64,000 bases of DNA. Source: Lingula anatina (Eukaryota > Animalia > Brachiopoda). Shown here in pieces: positions 24,904 through 38,047 of the stretch (positions are counted from its first letter, which is position 1; each line of letters opens with the position of its first letter). The stretch is taken from assembly GCA_051362555.1 (NCBI GenBank), contig CM120643.1:24494848-24558847 (forward strand), written 5' to 3'. Below the pieces are notes generated by a model, which saw only the letters and a program-made list of their open reading frames with translations, searched no databases and was not told where the DNA came from. The position numbers were made by a program, and so were the translations under genes.

Positions 24904-27900
24904 CTATTTAGTACAGACAACACATGCCAGCTCTCTTCCATCCACATATGGTGGACAGGGGAGGGAACCACATTTAGCCTCAGCAATGTGGAACAAGGCA
25001 CCATTTTTGTTCTCATGGCCTCCAGCTACCACTTCTGGAGCTTCATCAAGGCAGACAAACTCTGTTCTCTGGTATTTATCATATTCTGATACCAGGTATC
25101 CATTGTACTCTGTTGTCCACCCAGCTGGACATGTCTTCTTGGCTGGTATCATCACATGACTGGGACGTGTTTGGGTGTAGCATACAGCACAGGGGGCATC
25201 ATGGTCAACAAATTTCTGATCTGTATTCGATGTTGAAAATATATTTTGATAAATAAAGTTATATTTCACACCATGTATGTAAGAACCAGTACTTTGTCCT
25301 CCATCTTGGTATCTCCCCCACTCTGGTGTCTGTGGCAAACACAGGTAATTACTGCCTCCTCCAGTTTTGGTGTAAAAGGTTCCAGCTGATATCCCTATAG
25401 GTATGAAAATTAGTTATAATATCAGTCACTTTGTCAATTATGAAAAAATATATACGTATGTACATATATACAAACACCCCTTTTATTATTATTATTATTA
25501 TATTATTATTTTAAAGCTGAATAGAACTTCACTTACCTTTGTACAAAAGCTTTGAATGTGGTGAACAAGTTGTTCTACCCCAGCGTGTGTAAACTGCCCC
25601 ACCGTGGCTGGTATTGGCTGCTAGACCTGAAAACATACATTAAATCTTGAGAACCATATATATATTGTTTAAACTGCCCCACCATGGTTGGTATTTGGTG
25701 GTAGACCTAGAAACATGAAAACATACACTAAAAATAGTCATCAAGCATTATATTGCACAGTAATCCTTTTCCCTATTGCCAGAATAATGGTGTCTAATAA
25801 AGGCACAAAAAAGGATAATTTTGGCACCAACATTCATATTTAGCGAATTATTATTGGATAAACAGCATGTTCCTTGTGTTTACCAGCCTTTAATCTTCCT
25901 TTCCTGATACACACATCTCTGTAAAAATTTTGGAAAAAGCCAAAGATCATAAGCGGACTTCGAGGTTTTTCATGTACACCATTCCTTTCATTGACTGAAC
26001 TGAACTACAATTGCAACATAAATGCAGTGCCCTTTTCAAACCGTGTCAAGACAATTAAGACCATTTAGCTGTCATTTTATGTTTTAAGGGTATGAATTTT
26101 CCTATCAGATATGTTCAACAAAAAGCAATCCATGCGCTTAGAATGTGATTTAAATCCTTTTTTGTGTGGCTTTAAGCGATAAGTAAAACTTTCATGAAAT
26201 CTAAAAATAAAGTCAGTGTCAGAGGAAAGAAGACTACATTCCCCATATAAAAAAAATAATCATCATTATTAAAAAAGAAGTGCCTGATTTAGTTATAGCA
26301 CTATACAAACCTGTAGGTGGCACTCCTATCTGAGTTCCAATTTGTCCCAGCATTTGTTTGAGGGTATCCAATGTTAGAGATCCTGGGTCCCCTTTAGGTC
26401 CAGGTGGTCCCTTAGAAAATTTGAATAAAAATATTGAAACTGCTATTTCACAAAGGAATATATATGAACAGAAGTATAAACTGGTAATATAAACTACAAA
26501 TTTGTTATCAATGAGTTGAGTATTTGAAATTACATGTCAAGATATTTTAGAGGTTTATCTCATGGAACAATTAATATTTCTTTTTAAACATGCATTTTCA
26601 TGATATTTCAAGAAGAACAAAACAGTTTAAAATAGATGCACATTTTCATGACATTTTAAGACTGAAGTGGATATCATAGTTCACAGATTGCATTATTGTC
26701 TAATTTTCAATAAAAACCCAATATGATCCAATCATGATTTTGAATTAAAAAATGAGTAACTGTATACGTATCATGCAAGTTTTACCTGTATTCCATCTCT
26801 GCCATCTTTACCATCTCTCCCAGGTATTCCCTGGGGTCCCTGAACACTGCTCCTTGAGGAGTTGACAACTGAAAAGGATATCTTAGTAAATATAAATGAA
26901 AATAATTATCATTTGCATCTGATATTTTTCTGTTTTAACACTTAGTGTTAAAACACTTAGTGATTGGCTTTGATGAGTTATATTTAAAAAATATTGTTTA
27001 AAAAGGACTGGCATCATTTTTCATCATTTTCCACCTAAAATCTATAAATATTTTAAAATGTCGACTAAACTATCATAACTTAATATATCATCTATAATAT
27101 AGAGAGCAGACCTACGATTACCTTGTAGTGGTGACTGATATCCAAGCAGTCCAATGATTTGTTTGAGACTGTCTACTGTTAAACCTAGGTTCTGTGGATT
27201 AATTTATTTGTAATAATAAAAGGTGAACATTCCTTGGGGAGTCATTTCTTACTTTGAGCATGAGGTTTATTAACATTCGAATCAAATTGCATCCACATGT
27301 ACATCAAGTCAGTATTCTATATACATATCGATCGTGTTCACTATCAACTTATTTGGGCCAAAAAACTACAGTTCAGTACATTCTCATTACTTTTATATCA
27401 AAAAGGGATTCATGTATTTTTTCACAAACAAAAATGAGTAAAGTTACCTGAATTCCATCTTTCCCATCTTTTCCATCCTTGCCGTCCCTGCCATCTTTCC
27501 CTTGGGGTCCTTGGGGTCCTTGTAGACACCCTGAAGTTACCACTAGAACATATTATACAGATATATATTAGATTTGAAGTACTTTTTTTACGTGAAGTTG
27601 CTGTTAACTGTAAGTCAACCATTGCATGTAAATATCTGTTTTCAAATATTTACCATACCCGGTACAGTTAAAGGGATAATAACTCTTTGTATGAGATCTA
27701 TATTTCACAATAAAAAACATTGTGAACAACTCATAGAAATATAATATATTCTGTTTTACCACAAAAACGGCATAAAACGGCAGTTATAGCTATTATTCTG
27801 ATATCTGAGCTTGTCTTTAGACCACGTGACCTCCATTGATGGCTATACCCTGTTATTATCTCTTAAGAGATCATAACAAAAAAAAAACTTTTTAGAAAAA

Positions 27901-29617
27901 AACCAGGGACAAACTGAATGTAAAAATGGAAAAATTGTTGTTTACTCTATGAAAATTCATTTTTTGGCCAAAACAAAGAGTTATTATCCCTTTAAGTGAT
28001 TTGTTGGCTTACAACATTGGGAATGATGATGTAAACTGTTTAACATACAGTAGAATTATCTTATAATAAAAGTAACAGTTTTTACATGTGAAATTAATGT
28101 ATCTGAAAATGTAAGGCTTTGGTGAACTCAGAAATATAAAACAATCAGAGGATAAAACTTACAGGTAAAAACTCCTAATGATATCTTTAGGAACGTATTT
28201 AATAAATGTTTGAATGTAGGATATAGAGTTTAATATATTTCTAAATTTATTATTACTAAACATGGAGCATATCTTTTTTTTTTAAATCATGTTAAGCAAT
28301 AAAATTTTGTTAAAATGGTATAAATAAGTTAATGTAGACCTGTAACAAATAATGTTACAGCTTACAGTTTCCTTGCTGCACTTGTCTCTTGGTTATAGAA
28401 TGGTTTCCATAGTGAAACTTTGTTCCATTTTGCTCAGCAACTGTGATCGTACCCATGGTCTGTCCATTGAGCTTCAACTTGATATCTGACTAATTTGAAA
28501 ACAAAGCAGAAGAATATATATTTAATCATGGACATAATGAGAGAAGGACGAGAAACCTGGAGCAAGATCAAAGGATAATCGGCTTAACGTGAGCTCTTCA
28601 TGAAACTATGTGCGTTCGGATCACGCGACCTCCCGTACAGGTAGCGAGCATATCGCAGTTGTCGATGAATTTTTGTGTCATTTGGGCAGGTAGTTCGCGA
28701 TAACATGAGTCAATCTTTCGGGTGGATGAGACAATAAAATTATAGAGATGAAGTATAAGTGCAATTTGTTCTGTCAATTTGGAAACTATGTGAGAATTTG
28801 ATATGTTTATTCCTGGAGGAATTCAAAATGCCCTATGTGGTAAAGGCAATCTTGTTTTTCTCATTATGTCCATGATTTAATTAAATGTGTTAATAGATAC
28901 GTGATTCTAAATACATGGAAATTGTAGAACATACATTTTCATTTTTCATTGACATTCAAGATAAGGTGGACAGAACTATTGGTAAAAACCACAATCATGC
29001 TGAGAGACGTAATTCAAAGCCCAAAATACCTTAAAGGGATAATAACTCTTCGTTTCGGCCAAAAAATGAATTTTCCTGGAGTAAACGACAATTTTCCCAT
29101 ACTTACCAATGGTTAATGAATCCATTTTTACATTCAAAGTTAGTCCCTGGTTTTTTTCTAAAAAGTTTGGTTTTTTGTTAAAATCTCTTAAGAGATTTTA
29201 ACAGAGTATAGCCATCAATGGAGGTCACGTGGTCTAAAGACAAGCTCAGATATCAGAATAATAGCTGTAACTGCCGTTTTTTGTGGTAAAACAGAATATA
29301 TTATATTTCTATGAGTTATTCACAATGTTTTTATTGTGAAATATAGATCTCATACGAAGAGTTATTATCCCTTTAAGTTGTTTGTTCTCCAGCCGGACTA
29401 CTGCAACCTCAGCCTCAAGTTTTTTCATCTTTTGCTCTTGTCTGTTAAGTTTTCCAACTAGTTTCTTCATCTCTAGTTGTTGTTGGTCCACTCTTTCAAC
29501 CAGTTTCATCAAAGCACCATTATTGACATCAGCATGATGTTGTAAAGTTGATGTTACTACTGTTATAACAACAGCAGATACAATTAAAGATACTAACTTG
29601 GTCATGGTGTACACCAT
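24904..29617 (-). CDS. Short-chain collagen C4-like copy B; exon 1 donor displaced by a MITE (possibly disabled)
   Basis: Exons 29373-29617 (original donor now at 29028-29029), 28366-28489, 27448-27542, 27122-27191, 26786-26868, 26311-26410, 25537-25626, 24904-25394. Downstream exons are open and phase-compatible. Confidence 0.8.
25800..26172. mobile_element. Probable old MITE
   Basis: aaaggcacaaaaaaggat ... atccttttttgtgtggcttt inverted termini; not seen in the paralogous introns. Confidence 0.45.
27672..27991. mobile_element. TTAA-targeting MITE (Kolobok-like), 320 bp
   Basis: ttaa|AGGGATAATAACTCTTTGT...ACAAAGAGTTATTATCCCT|ttaa; inverted relative to the copy at 29035. Confidence 0.85.
28524..28878. 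mobile_element. MITE in copy B intron 1
   Basis: TIR aatcatggacataatgaga / tctcattatgtccatgatt; absent from the matching intron of copy C. Confidence 0.75.
29035..29372. mobile_element. TTAA-targeting MITE (Kolobok-like), 338 bp, inserted at the end of copy B exon 1
   Basis: TIR AGGGATAATAACTCTTCGT, TTAA at 29031-29034 and 29373-29376; the empty site aaataccttaagttg is present in copies A, E and G. Confidence 0.9.
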
Positions 29618-29876
29618 TTATTTTAGGTATTATATATACAGTTGGTCTTTAACCTGGGTCTTTGACTCAGACTAGAAGTTGATATGATAATATATGTATG
29701 TTGTTTATATAAAGAGATATTACTAGACCGAGCTGCAACTCATGTCATGTTCATAAGTTTGTTTGACACAGTTTGACATGCAGTCAAGATAATAAATAAA
29801 ACTAGTCAAATAAACATGTGTTGTTCCTATATAATATGGTATTAACAGACATTTTTATCTCTTAGTTAAATTCAAT

Positions 29877-30210
29877 AAAGGGGTCAAACGGCTGGCAAAT
29901 GGACACTGAGGGGAGCTTCGTACCGATGTCACTCAACAAAACTCAGTCATGTCCACCGTCTCAATCAAGCTCTGCCAGGCTAGTCATATATATGTCTCGA
30001 TCGCCTCCACATGCTGACCCAGGAAATGCTGAGGCAGCAGTGAAAGGCTCCTGAAAACCCAAATCAGCAACCCCACCCCGGAAAACCGTTACAGTAACGG
30101 AAACAGATATTCAACACTACTTGATGTGCCGAGCCCCCTGAGTCATGTCAACTTGTATGGACCATTGTTGACGCCCTAGATGCCCGACGGCATAATAGGA
30201 GATAGATAGC
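29877..30210 (+). mobile_element. Short non-autonomous retroposon (RTE-like derivative or SINE) with TSD and (GATA)n tail
   Basis: TSD taaattcaat at 29867-29876 and 30211-30220; 3' gagatagatag; the homologous empty site is at ~34515-34550 upstream of copy C. Confidence 0.7.
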
Positions 30211-30568
30211 TAAATTCAATTAAAATAACCAAAAATTGCTGTACTTTACAGTAAACTTATTTTATAAACTGTACTATACCAACGCAAATCTGTCCAACCC
30301 ATTTGCCTAATTAACAAACTTGCTGTTGAAATCATTTTTTGTATATAAATATCTATTAGCGTGAAGTACTAGATATAAAGCCAAATATAAAACAGAAATG
30401 TATATTTTAATTATTACTTCTGTCACCATATTTCTTGGAAACACCACTTTAAATTCAATGTAAGCAGTTCATAAGGTCACTTCATAAAATGATTTTCACA
30501 GACAATCAATTCTATATATAGTCACTACTATTTTGAAGAATCAACAAGGGTCAATACAGTCATGGTCA

Positions 30569-33500
30569 CTATTTAGTACAGACAACACATGCTAGTTCTC
30601 TTCCATCCACATATGGTGGTCAGGTGAGGGGACCACATTTAACCTCAGCGGTGTATATCAAGGCACCATCTTTGTTCTCATGACCCCCTGATACCACTTC
30701 TGGAGCTTCATCAAGGCAGACAAATTCAGTTCTCTGGTGTGAGTCAAGAGCTGATACCAGGTATCCATTGTACTCTGTTGTCCAACCAGCTGGACATGTC
30801 TTCTTGGCTGGTATCATCACATGACTGGGACGTGTTTGGGTGTAACATACAGCACAGGGGGCATCATGATCGAGCAAATCCTGACCTCCTGCATTAGATG
30901 TTGAAAATATTTTAGTCCTAATAAGTTCATATTCCACACCATGTATGTAAGAACCAGTACCTTGCCCTCCATCTTGGTATTTCCCCCACTCTGGTGTCTG
31001 TGGCAAACACAGGTAATTGCTGCCTCCTCCAGTTTTGCTGTAGTAGGTTCCAGCAATTATCCCTGATACAAAAAGTTTTAAAGCCATTTTTAGTGAGGAA
31101 TTTAACCTGTAACTATCAGTGTCAAATTTAAAATAAAATATTAATGTACCGGTATTCAAGTATTGTATTTATTATCATGATATTATTGTTATCATCATTG
31201 TTATTATTATTTTGACTAAATGGTTTAATAGAACCATACTTAAGAAAGATGTACTTAAACACTTTACCTTTGTACAAAAGTTTTGAATGTGTCAAACAGG
31301 TTGTTCTGCCCCAGCGTGTGTAAACTGCCCCACCATGGCTGGCATTGGCTGGTAGACCTGAAAACATACATTAAAACTAGAGAACCATTGTTTAGTACAC
31401 CGTTTTACCATAGCTGGTATTGGATGAGGTATCAGGACAGTCCCCCTTCTCCTAGCTTATTCAGACAATCTCGGATCCCCTTTTCTATTTGATAAAATAA
31501 AAAAGTTACAGTTACCCGATTGCTTCTTAAGGGTATATAGTGCCAGAAAATTATGCTTATTACACTGAATGCACTTTTAAAAGGAGAATCAACACAGAGA
31601 TAGATGATCATAGATTGATCATGCTGGTGCAATAATAGTGAACATTTATTCAGAACATTCCATAACGTTAGATAACTCTTAGAGAACCTTTGCACCTATT
31701 CTGAGAAGACATTATTTTATTAATGAGTAAAATCTAAAATAAAGAGGAAACAATGAATGAATTCACTGTATATAACTGTAGAATATATATTTTCTAATTT
31801 GAAGACAAGATTGACAAAAACGTAAAGAACAATTAAAGAGCATAGCTAGGACATAAGAGTTATTAGACAAACCTGTTGTAGTTGGCATGCCAATCTGAAC
31901 TCCAATTTGCCGTAGCATTTGTTTCAGGTTGTCTAATGTTAGAGAAACTGATTCTCCTTTGGGTCCAGGTGGTCCCTTAAAAAATCCAATGTGTGAAACA
32001 TACTTAGCCTATTAGCTTCTATCTACCGGTATATTAGCAGACATCCCCTGCATATGCCATACAAACAAACTGGCAGCTTGATCAATTAACTTGGTCATTT
32101 AACTTGCCCATTATGCTGTTAACAATGCAAAGACACCATAAAGAATGGGTCCAGCCAGGGTGTAATAAACATGGGGTATGGGCTTTTTATGCATAGGACT
32201 AGATTTGATCTGTGCCTATGACATATATATTTCATGATATTTGAAGCTTTGAACAAGATACAAAGGGTAAAAAGTTATCAGTACATAAGTTACATGACTA
32301 ACTGAGTTTGAATTATTTTGGTCCCAATTTTTAACCTATATCAAATCTTAGACATGTCTCTGAATTATAAAGCTAGGGAATAACCTTGCTTTTATTACAT
32401 TAAGGAAAAGTTTTTTAATATTCTGTTCACACAGATATCAGTTAACTCATAGTATTACATGTGTAGAGGATTATGCTAATGACTTTATATCTGTTTATAA
32501 TCAACTAGTTTATGCCATAAGTATGAATCTTGTTGCTCTATCACCAAGAAGCTTTTTGTAAAATTATTTTTTTAGGATTATCATATATATATATTTGCAA
32601 AATTAACTTAGAGCGCATTCTCAACGAATTAAGCCAGGCTTTACAAAGCCGGTGACCTAAAAATGGCGGACGTACATGAAAGAAAAACCGCCTAATCTTT
32701 TAATAGTCTCTCCGCCTCCCCACACGTCGTCCCTGCGGGGTACAGTAATTAAATCTCGGCTCCGTTCGCCATGCGGAAGCTACCTGAGAAATATTAAGTG
32801 CGCATGCTCATCAGTTAAACTCGTGGTGAAGAAAGCATGGCGGCTGAAGGCGATCGAAGGAAAAAAGCTCTTCTGTTCTATTATGTTTGAAAACAGAGAC
32901 GAAAAAGGAATAATTTGGCCCGTAGAGCAGCAATGAATTGACTATCTACGGAGATAATATCACCAGAGATATTCACGGATATATTAATGTTCGGAGCCGA
33001 GATTTAATTACTGTACCCCGCAGGGACGACGTGTGGGGAGGCGTGTGAGAGGCGGAGAGACTATTTAAAGATTAGGCGGTTTTTCTTTCATGTACGTCCG
33101 CCATTTTTAGGTCACCGGCTTTGTAAAGCCTGGCTTAATTCGTTGAGAATGCGCTCTTATATATATTTGCAAAATTAACTTATATAATTGTACATATTTT
33201 TAAATAGAAAAATCAGTTTATTCTTAAATAATATGTTGTACGTAATTATTTGTAAAGTAAGTCTGGAAAATTAAGTTTTAACCTGGAATCCATCCCTGCC
33301 ATCTCTTCCTGGAGGTCCTTGGGGTCCTTGTACACAGACTGAACTCGCCACTAAAATATAGGACACATATATATGAGTTGATTTGTCCCTTAACTATTAA
33401 GCATACAATAGTAAGACCCTATACTACTCTAAAGCTAAAAGACAGCCAAAGTTACTGCTAAAATACTTCTATGGGAATAAAAAAGATTAATAAACATTTG

Positions 33501-34250
33501 AATAAACATTTGAATATATACTGTAGAAATTGGAGTTTAATTTAATGCATCTTCACATTTTTTAATGTGGAACATATTCTTTTAGTTCCTTTTTGGTCAT
33601 GTTTAGCAATAATTCCTCAGGTTATATTGTGTAAAAATGGTGTAAACAAGTCAACATAAGACCTATTACAAGTGATTTAGCTTACAGTTTCCTGGCAGCA
33701 CTTGTCTCTTGGTAATGGAATGCTTTCCATAGTGAAACTTTGCTCTGTATTTTTCAGCAGCCATGGTGGTTTGCCCATCAAGCTTCACCTTGTCTTTCTG
33801 AATATCTGACTAATTTGAAAGTGAAAGAAAGATTAATTATAGTTTTAATTGGTCTACAGATATGTGATTTTTAAGTCATGGAAATTGTAGAACTTAGATT
33901 GTTAATTATTGTGTTTGTTTTAACTATTTATTGACATTTCTGTTAATTATTGGTAAAAACCATAATCTTGTCGAGAGACAATTAAAATTCAAAGCCCAAA
34001 ATAGCTTAAGTTGTTTGTTCTCCAGTCTGACTGCAGCAACCTCAGCCTCAAGTTTTTTCATTTTTTGTTCTTGTCTGTTTAGTTTTCTAACTAGATTTTT
34101 TATCTCTAGTTCTTGCCTGTCCACTCTTTCAACCAGTTTCATCAAAGCATCATTATTGACATCAGCATGATGTTGTAAAGTTGATGTTACTACTGTTATA
34201 ACAGCAGCAGATACAATTAGAAATATTAACTTGGTCATGGTGTACACCAT
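30569..34250 (-). pseudogene. Short-chain collagen C4-like copy C, probable pseudogene with one collagen module
   Basis: Exons 34005-34250 (donor GT changed to CT), 33686-33809, 33283-33350, 31873-31975, 31268-31357, 30569-31062 with Cys TGT to TGA at 30620-30622. No exon 4/5 equivalents found. Confidence 0.8.
32611..33156. mobile_element. Young Harbinger-type MITE with ~160-bp TIRs
   Basis: tta|GAGCGCATTCTCAACGAATTAAGCCAGG ... CCTGGCTTAATTCGTTGAGAATGCGCTC|tta; arms nearly identical. Confidence 0.88.
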
Positions 34251-34907
34251 AAATTGTAGGTAATATATACATGTATACAGTTGGTCTTTAACCTGGGTCT
34301 TTGTCTCAGACTAGCAGTTGATAATATTTGTGTGTTGTTTACATAAATAGATACATATGTATCACAAGACCAAGTTGAAACTCATGCCACCGGCCTTCAT
34401 ATGTTTGTTTGACACAGTTTGATATGAAACCAAGGTTATAAACTAGTTTTTTCGCATATCTCTTAAGTCTACATGTACATGTGTTGTGCACATTCAGTAT
34501 GGCCTGAAAATTATTTTTATCTCCAAGTTTAATCCAATTAAAATAACCAAAAATTATTGTACTTTATGGCTATTTTATATATTACTCAGACACAAGTGTG
34601 TATCAAAAGTATATTATGTTTTCTTTTATTCACTTTTCACAAAAAAACTTACAACCAAAACCAAGTCATTTGCCTTATTTATTAATTTGCTGTTAAAATC
34701 AATAAAGTTGATAAAATGCTATTGGTGTGAAGCACTGGATGTAAAGCAAAACATGAAATGAAAAAGCATATTTTAATAATTACCCGGTACCTATCACCAT
34801 ATTTCTTGGAAGTGCCACTTGAAATTCAACATGGACAATTTTTATGCATGTGTCAGTTTGTATGCAATTTGAAAAATCACAACAGGTCAGTCATTATGTT
34901 ATGGTCA

Positions 34908-36699
34908 CTATTTACTACAGACAACACAGGCCAGTTCTCTTCCATCCACATATGGTGGACAGGGGAGGGTACCACATTTAACTTCATCAGTATGGAACAA
35001 AGCACCATTTTTGTTCTCCTGGCCCCCAGCTACTAGTTCTGGAGCTTCATCAAGGCAGACAAACTCTGTTCTCTGGTATTTATCATATTCTGATACTAGG
35101 TATCCATTGTACTCTGTTGTCCACCCAGCTGGACATGTCTTCTTGGCTGGTATCATCACATGACTGGGACGTGTTTGGGTGTAGCATACAGCACAGGGGG
35201 CATCATGCTGACCAGGATTCTGGCCTCCTGTATTGGTTGTTGAAAATATGTTTGAGTAAATCCTCTCATATTCCACACCATGTATGTAAGAACCAGTACC
35301 TTGCCCTCCATCTTGGTATCTCCCCCACTCTGGTGTCTGTGGCAAACACAGGTAATTACTGCCTCCTCCAGTTTGGGTCCAGTAAGATCCGGCTGATATC
35401 CCTGAAAAAGTCCATAAATTTTTCATTGTCATAGGGGCCAAAATTGAAAAGAAAACTTAAGTACAAGTGATTTACTTATCTTTGGACACATGTTTATAAA
35501 AGGCATGTGTTTCAAGTATTTACCTGCATACAAAAGCTGTGAATGTGCTGCACAGGTTGTTCTGCCCCAACGTGTGTAAACTGCTCCACCTTGACTGGTA
35601 GTGACTGGTAGACCTGAAAACACACATTAAACCTATGAGTCAAATTGTAAACACTGCTCCAACTCCAACCTTGTGGACCCTGAGGACCTTGTGGGCAGCA
35701 AAGACTGCCAACCAAAAGTGGAGTTATCAGTTGGTTCTGTTTAGGATGTGCTTACTTCAATTTGAACTTCAAATATCTACCACAGCAAAAGCTGTAAAAT
35801 GCAGAGCTGCTTTCATTTTGTCATATGTACATGAAATCAGTTCAGTTATTCTCTTTTTTAGATACTGAGCTTGTTAGTTACATAACCAATGCTAGTAATC
35901 TCCTACTATATACTGTTGACCCATGCAGCATCTTACATATGACCCAAGATTAAATATTATACTCACGGCTGCCAAGTACTTGTCTTTTGGTTAAGTAATG
36001 GGTTTTGTTATCATCATCATTTGAGTACTGGAAGGTAGGGTTTTCAGTGTTTGATGTCAGTTCTTGCAGTTTAAGGCTAATTTCCTGTATCTTGACCTGA
36101 AATTAGGTATCTTTATTTCTGTAGATTATAAATTTAAAGATATTCATGAGCATCTCTTTTCAGACTCTACTATTTCTTATTTTATAATAAAATCTTAAAT
36201 TTTTTGCTATTTTCAAAATTCTGCAACGATGAAATCATCTTGATTAAGATTTTTTATTGCAATTCAGTAAGCAGTCTCTGTTCTCATATGTTTCTGACAG
36301 TTGAAATTCATGCTAGGATTAAGATATCCTTTATACACATATACACACACACACAGCTAGAGCAATATTATATAATTATACAATAAGAACGTATATAGCT
36401 CTAGCTCTGTTGCCTATGTTTTCTACCTTCAAGTTCTCATTTTCCCTTTTGATTGTGTGAACATCTGCTTCCAATTTCTTCAACTTGGAAATTTCTACTT
36501 TAAACCTGCTATTTTCCTCCCTCAGCATTTGGCTTCCATGTTTTAGTTGGATTATCTCTTGTTCTTGTCTGTCTAGTCTTTCAACCAGTTTCATCAATGC
36601 ATCATCACTGACTTCAACATGTTGTGCATTTGGTGTCATTGCTGTCATAACAACAGCAGTTATAATGAGAAACATACTCTTCACCATGGTGTATGCCAT
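34908..36699 (-). CDS. Short-chain collagen C4-like copy D, divergent N-terminal type, predicted collagen-less
   Basis: Exons 36427-36699, 35967-36096, 35524-35613, 34908-35401 join in frame (phases 0, 1, 1). A collagen-exon remnant at ~35668-35711 has lost its AG. Confidence 0.78.
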
Positions 36700-37417
36700 T
36701 ACAGTGATATGTCTATGTAATGTATCACCCTATTCTGGGTCCCTGATGTTAAGCTTAAATATGATAAGTTGATGTTTATATAAAGAGATCTTCAGTAGTT
36801 TGTTTGACACATTTTGATAAAGCTTTAAACTGTGAACTTCCAAGGTGATCTTTTTAATGTATATCCCTAATCCAAACGTGTTGTACATAATAACATGTTG
36901 AATAATTACATAATTGTATTAAAATAAAGAAAGAAAGAGAAAATATAACAAAAATTCTGCTCTTCAAAAGTTACTTTATTTACTATGCAGACACAAATCA
37001 ACTAATCAAAAGCATTTTATTGTAATTGGTATCTTTAATTCAATATTCATGAATTAACCAAAAACCTACATAATAGATGTATTTTATATCATTTAAAATT
37101 TTTTGCTTACTTAACTAATTTGCTGCTGAAAATTGAATAGGCATTGCCTATGGTACAAAGCCAAATAAAAATGGAACACATGTATCTTTTGATTAGTAAA
37201 TTAGTAATATTGTAGGAAATAACACATTTAAGTTCATCAAAGGCTATTCCTAAGGTCATTTTATCAAAAATTAGCAAAAACAGGCCATCTTTCTCGGATC
37301 CTACTCACAGATTATTATTATATTCATTCAACATATATATTAACTGTTTAGTACTGACAGCACACCTTATGGTCATTTTTAAGTGTCAATATTATGAACC
37401 ACATTTAATCTTCTGCA

Positions 37418-37973
37418 CTATTTAGTACAGACAACACAGGCCAGTTCTCTTCCATCCACATATGGTGGACAGGGGAGAGAACCACACTTAGCTTCAGCAG
37501 TGTAGAACAAGGCACCGTTTTTGTCCTCATGGCCTCCAGCTACCACTTCTGGAGCTTCATCAAGGCAGACAAACTCTGTTTTATGGTTACCATCATGATC
37601 TGATACCAGGTATCCAATGTACTCTGTTGTCCACCCAGCTGGACATGTCTTCTTGGCTGGTACCATCACATGACTGGGACGTGTTTGGGTGAAGCATACA
37701 GCACAGGGGGCATCATGCTGAATAAATTCCTGACCTCCTGTATTGGTTGTTGAAAATATATTAGTCCTGACATTCTGATATTCCACACCATGTATGTAAG
37801 AACCTAAATCTTGCCCTCCATCTTGGTATTTCCCCCACTCTGGTGTCTGTGGCAAACACAGGTAATTACTGCCTCCTCCAACTTTGTTGTAGTAGGTTCC
37901 AGCAGATATCCCTGATATAAAATTATAAAAGCCATTTTTAAAGATTTTACTCATAACCATAGATGTCAAATTC

Positions 37974-38047
<74 letters not shown>

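Noticed and set aside
30620-30622. In-frame TGA at a conserved Cys in copy C as possible selenocysteine
   Set aside because: It is a single TGT-to-TGA change in a copy that has also lost its exon 1 donor, and no SECIS is evident by eye; a nonsense mutation is simpler.
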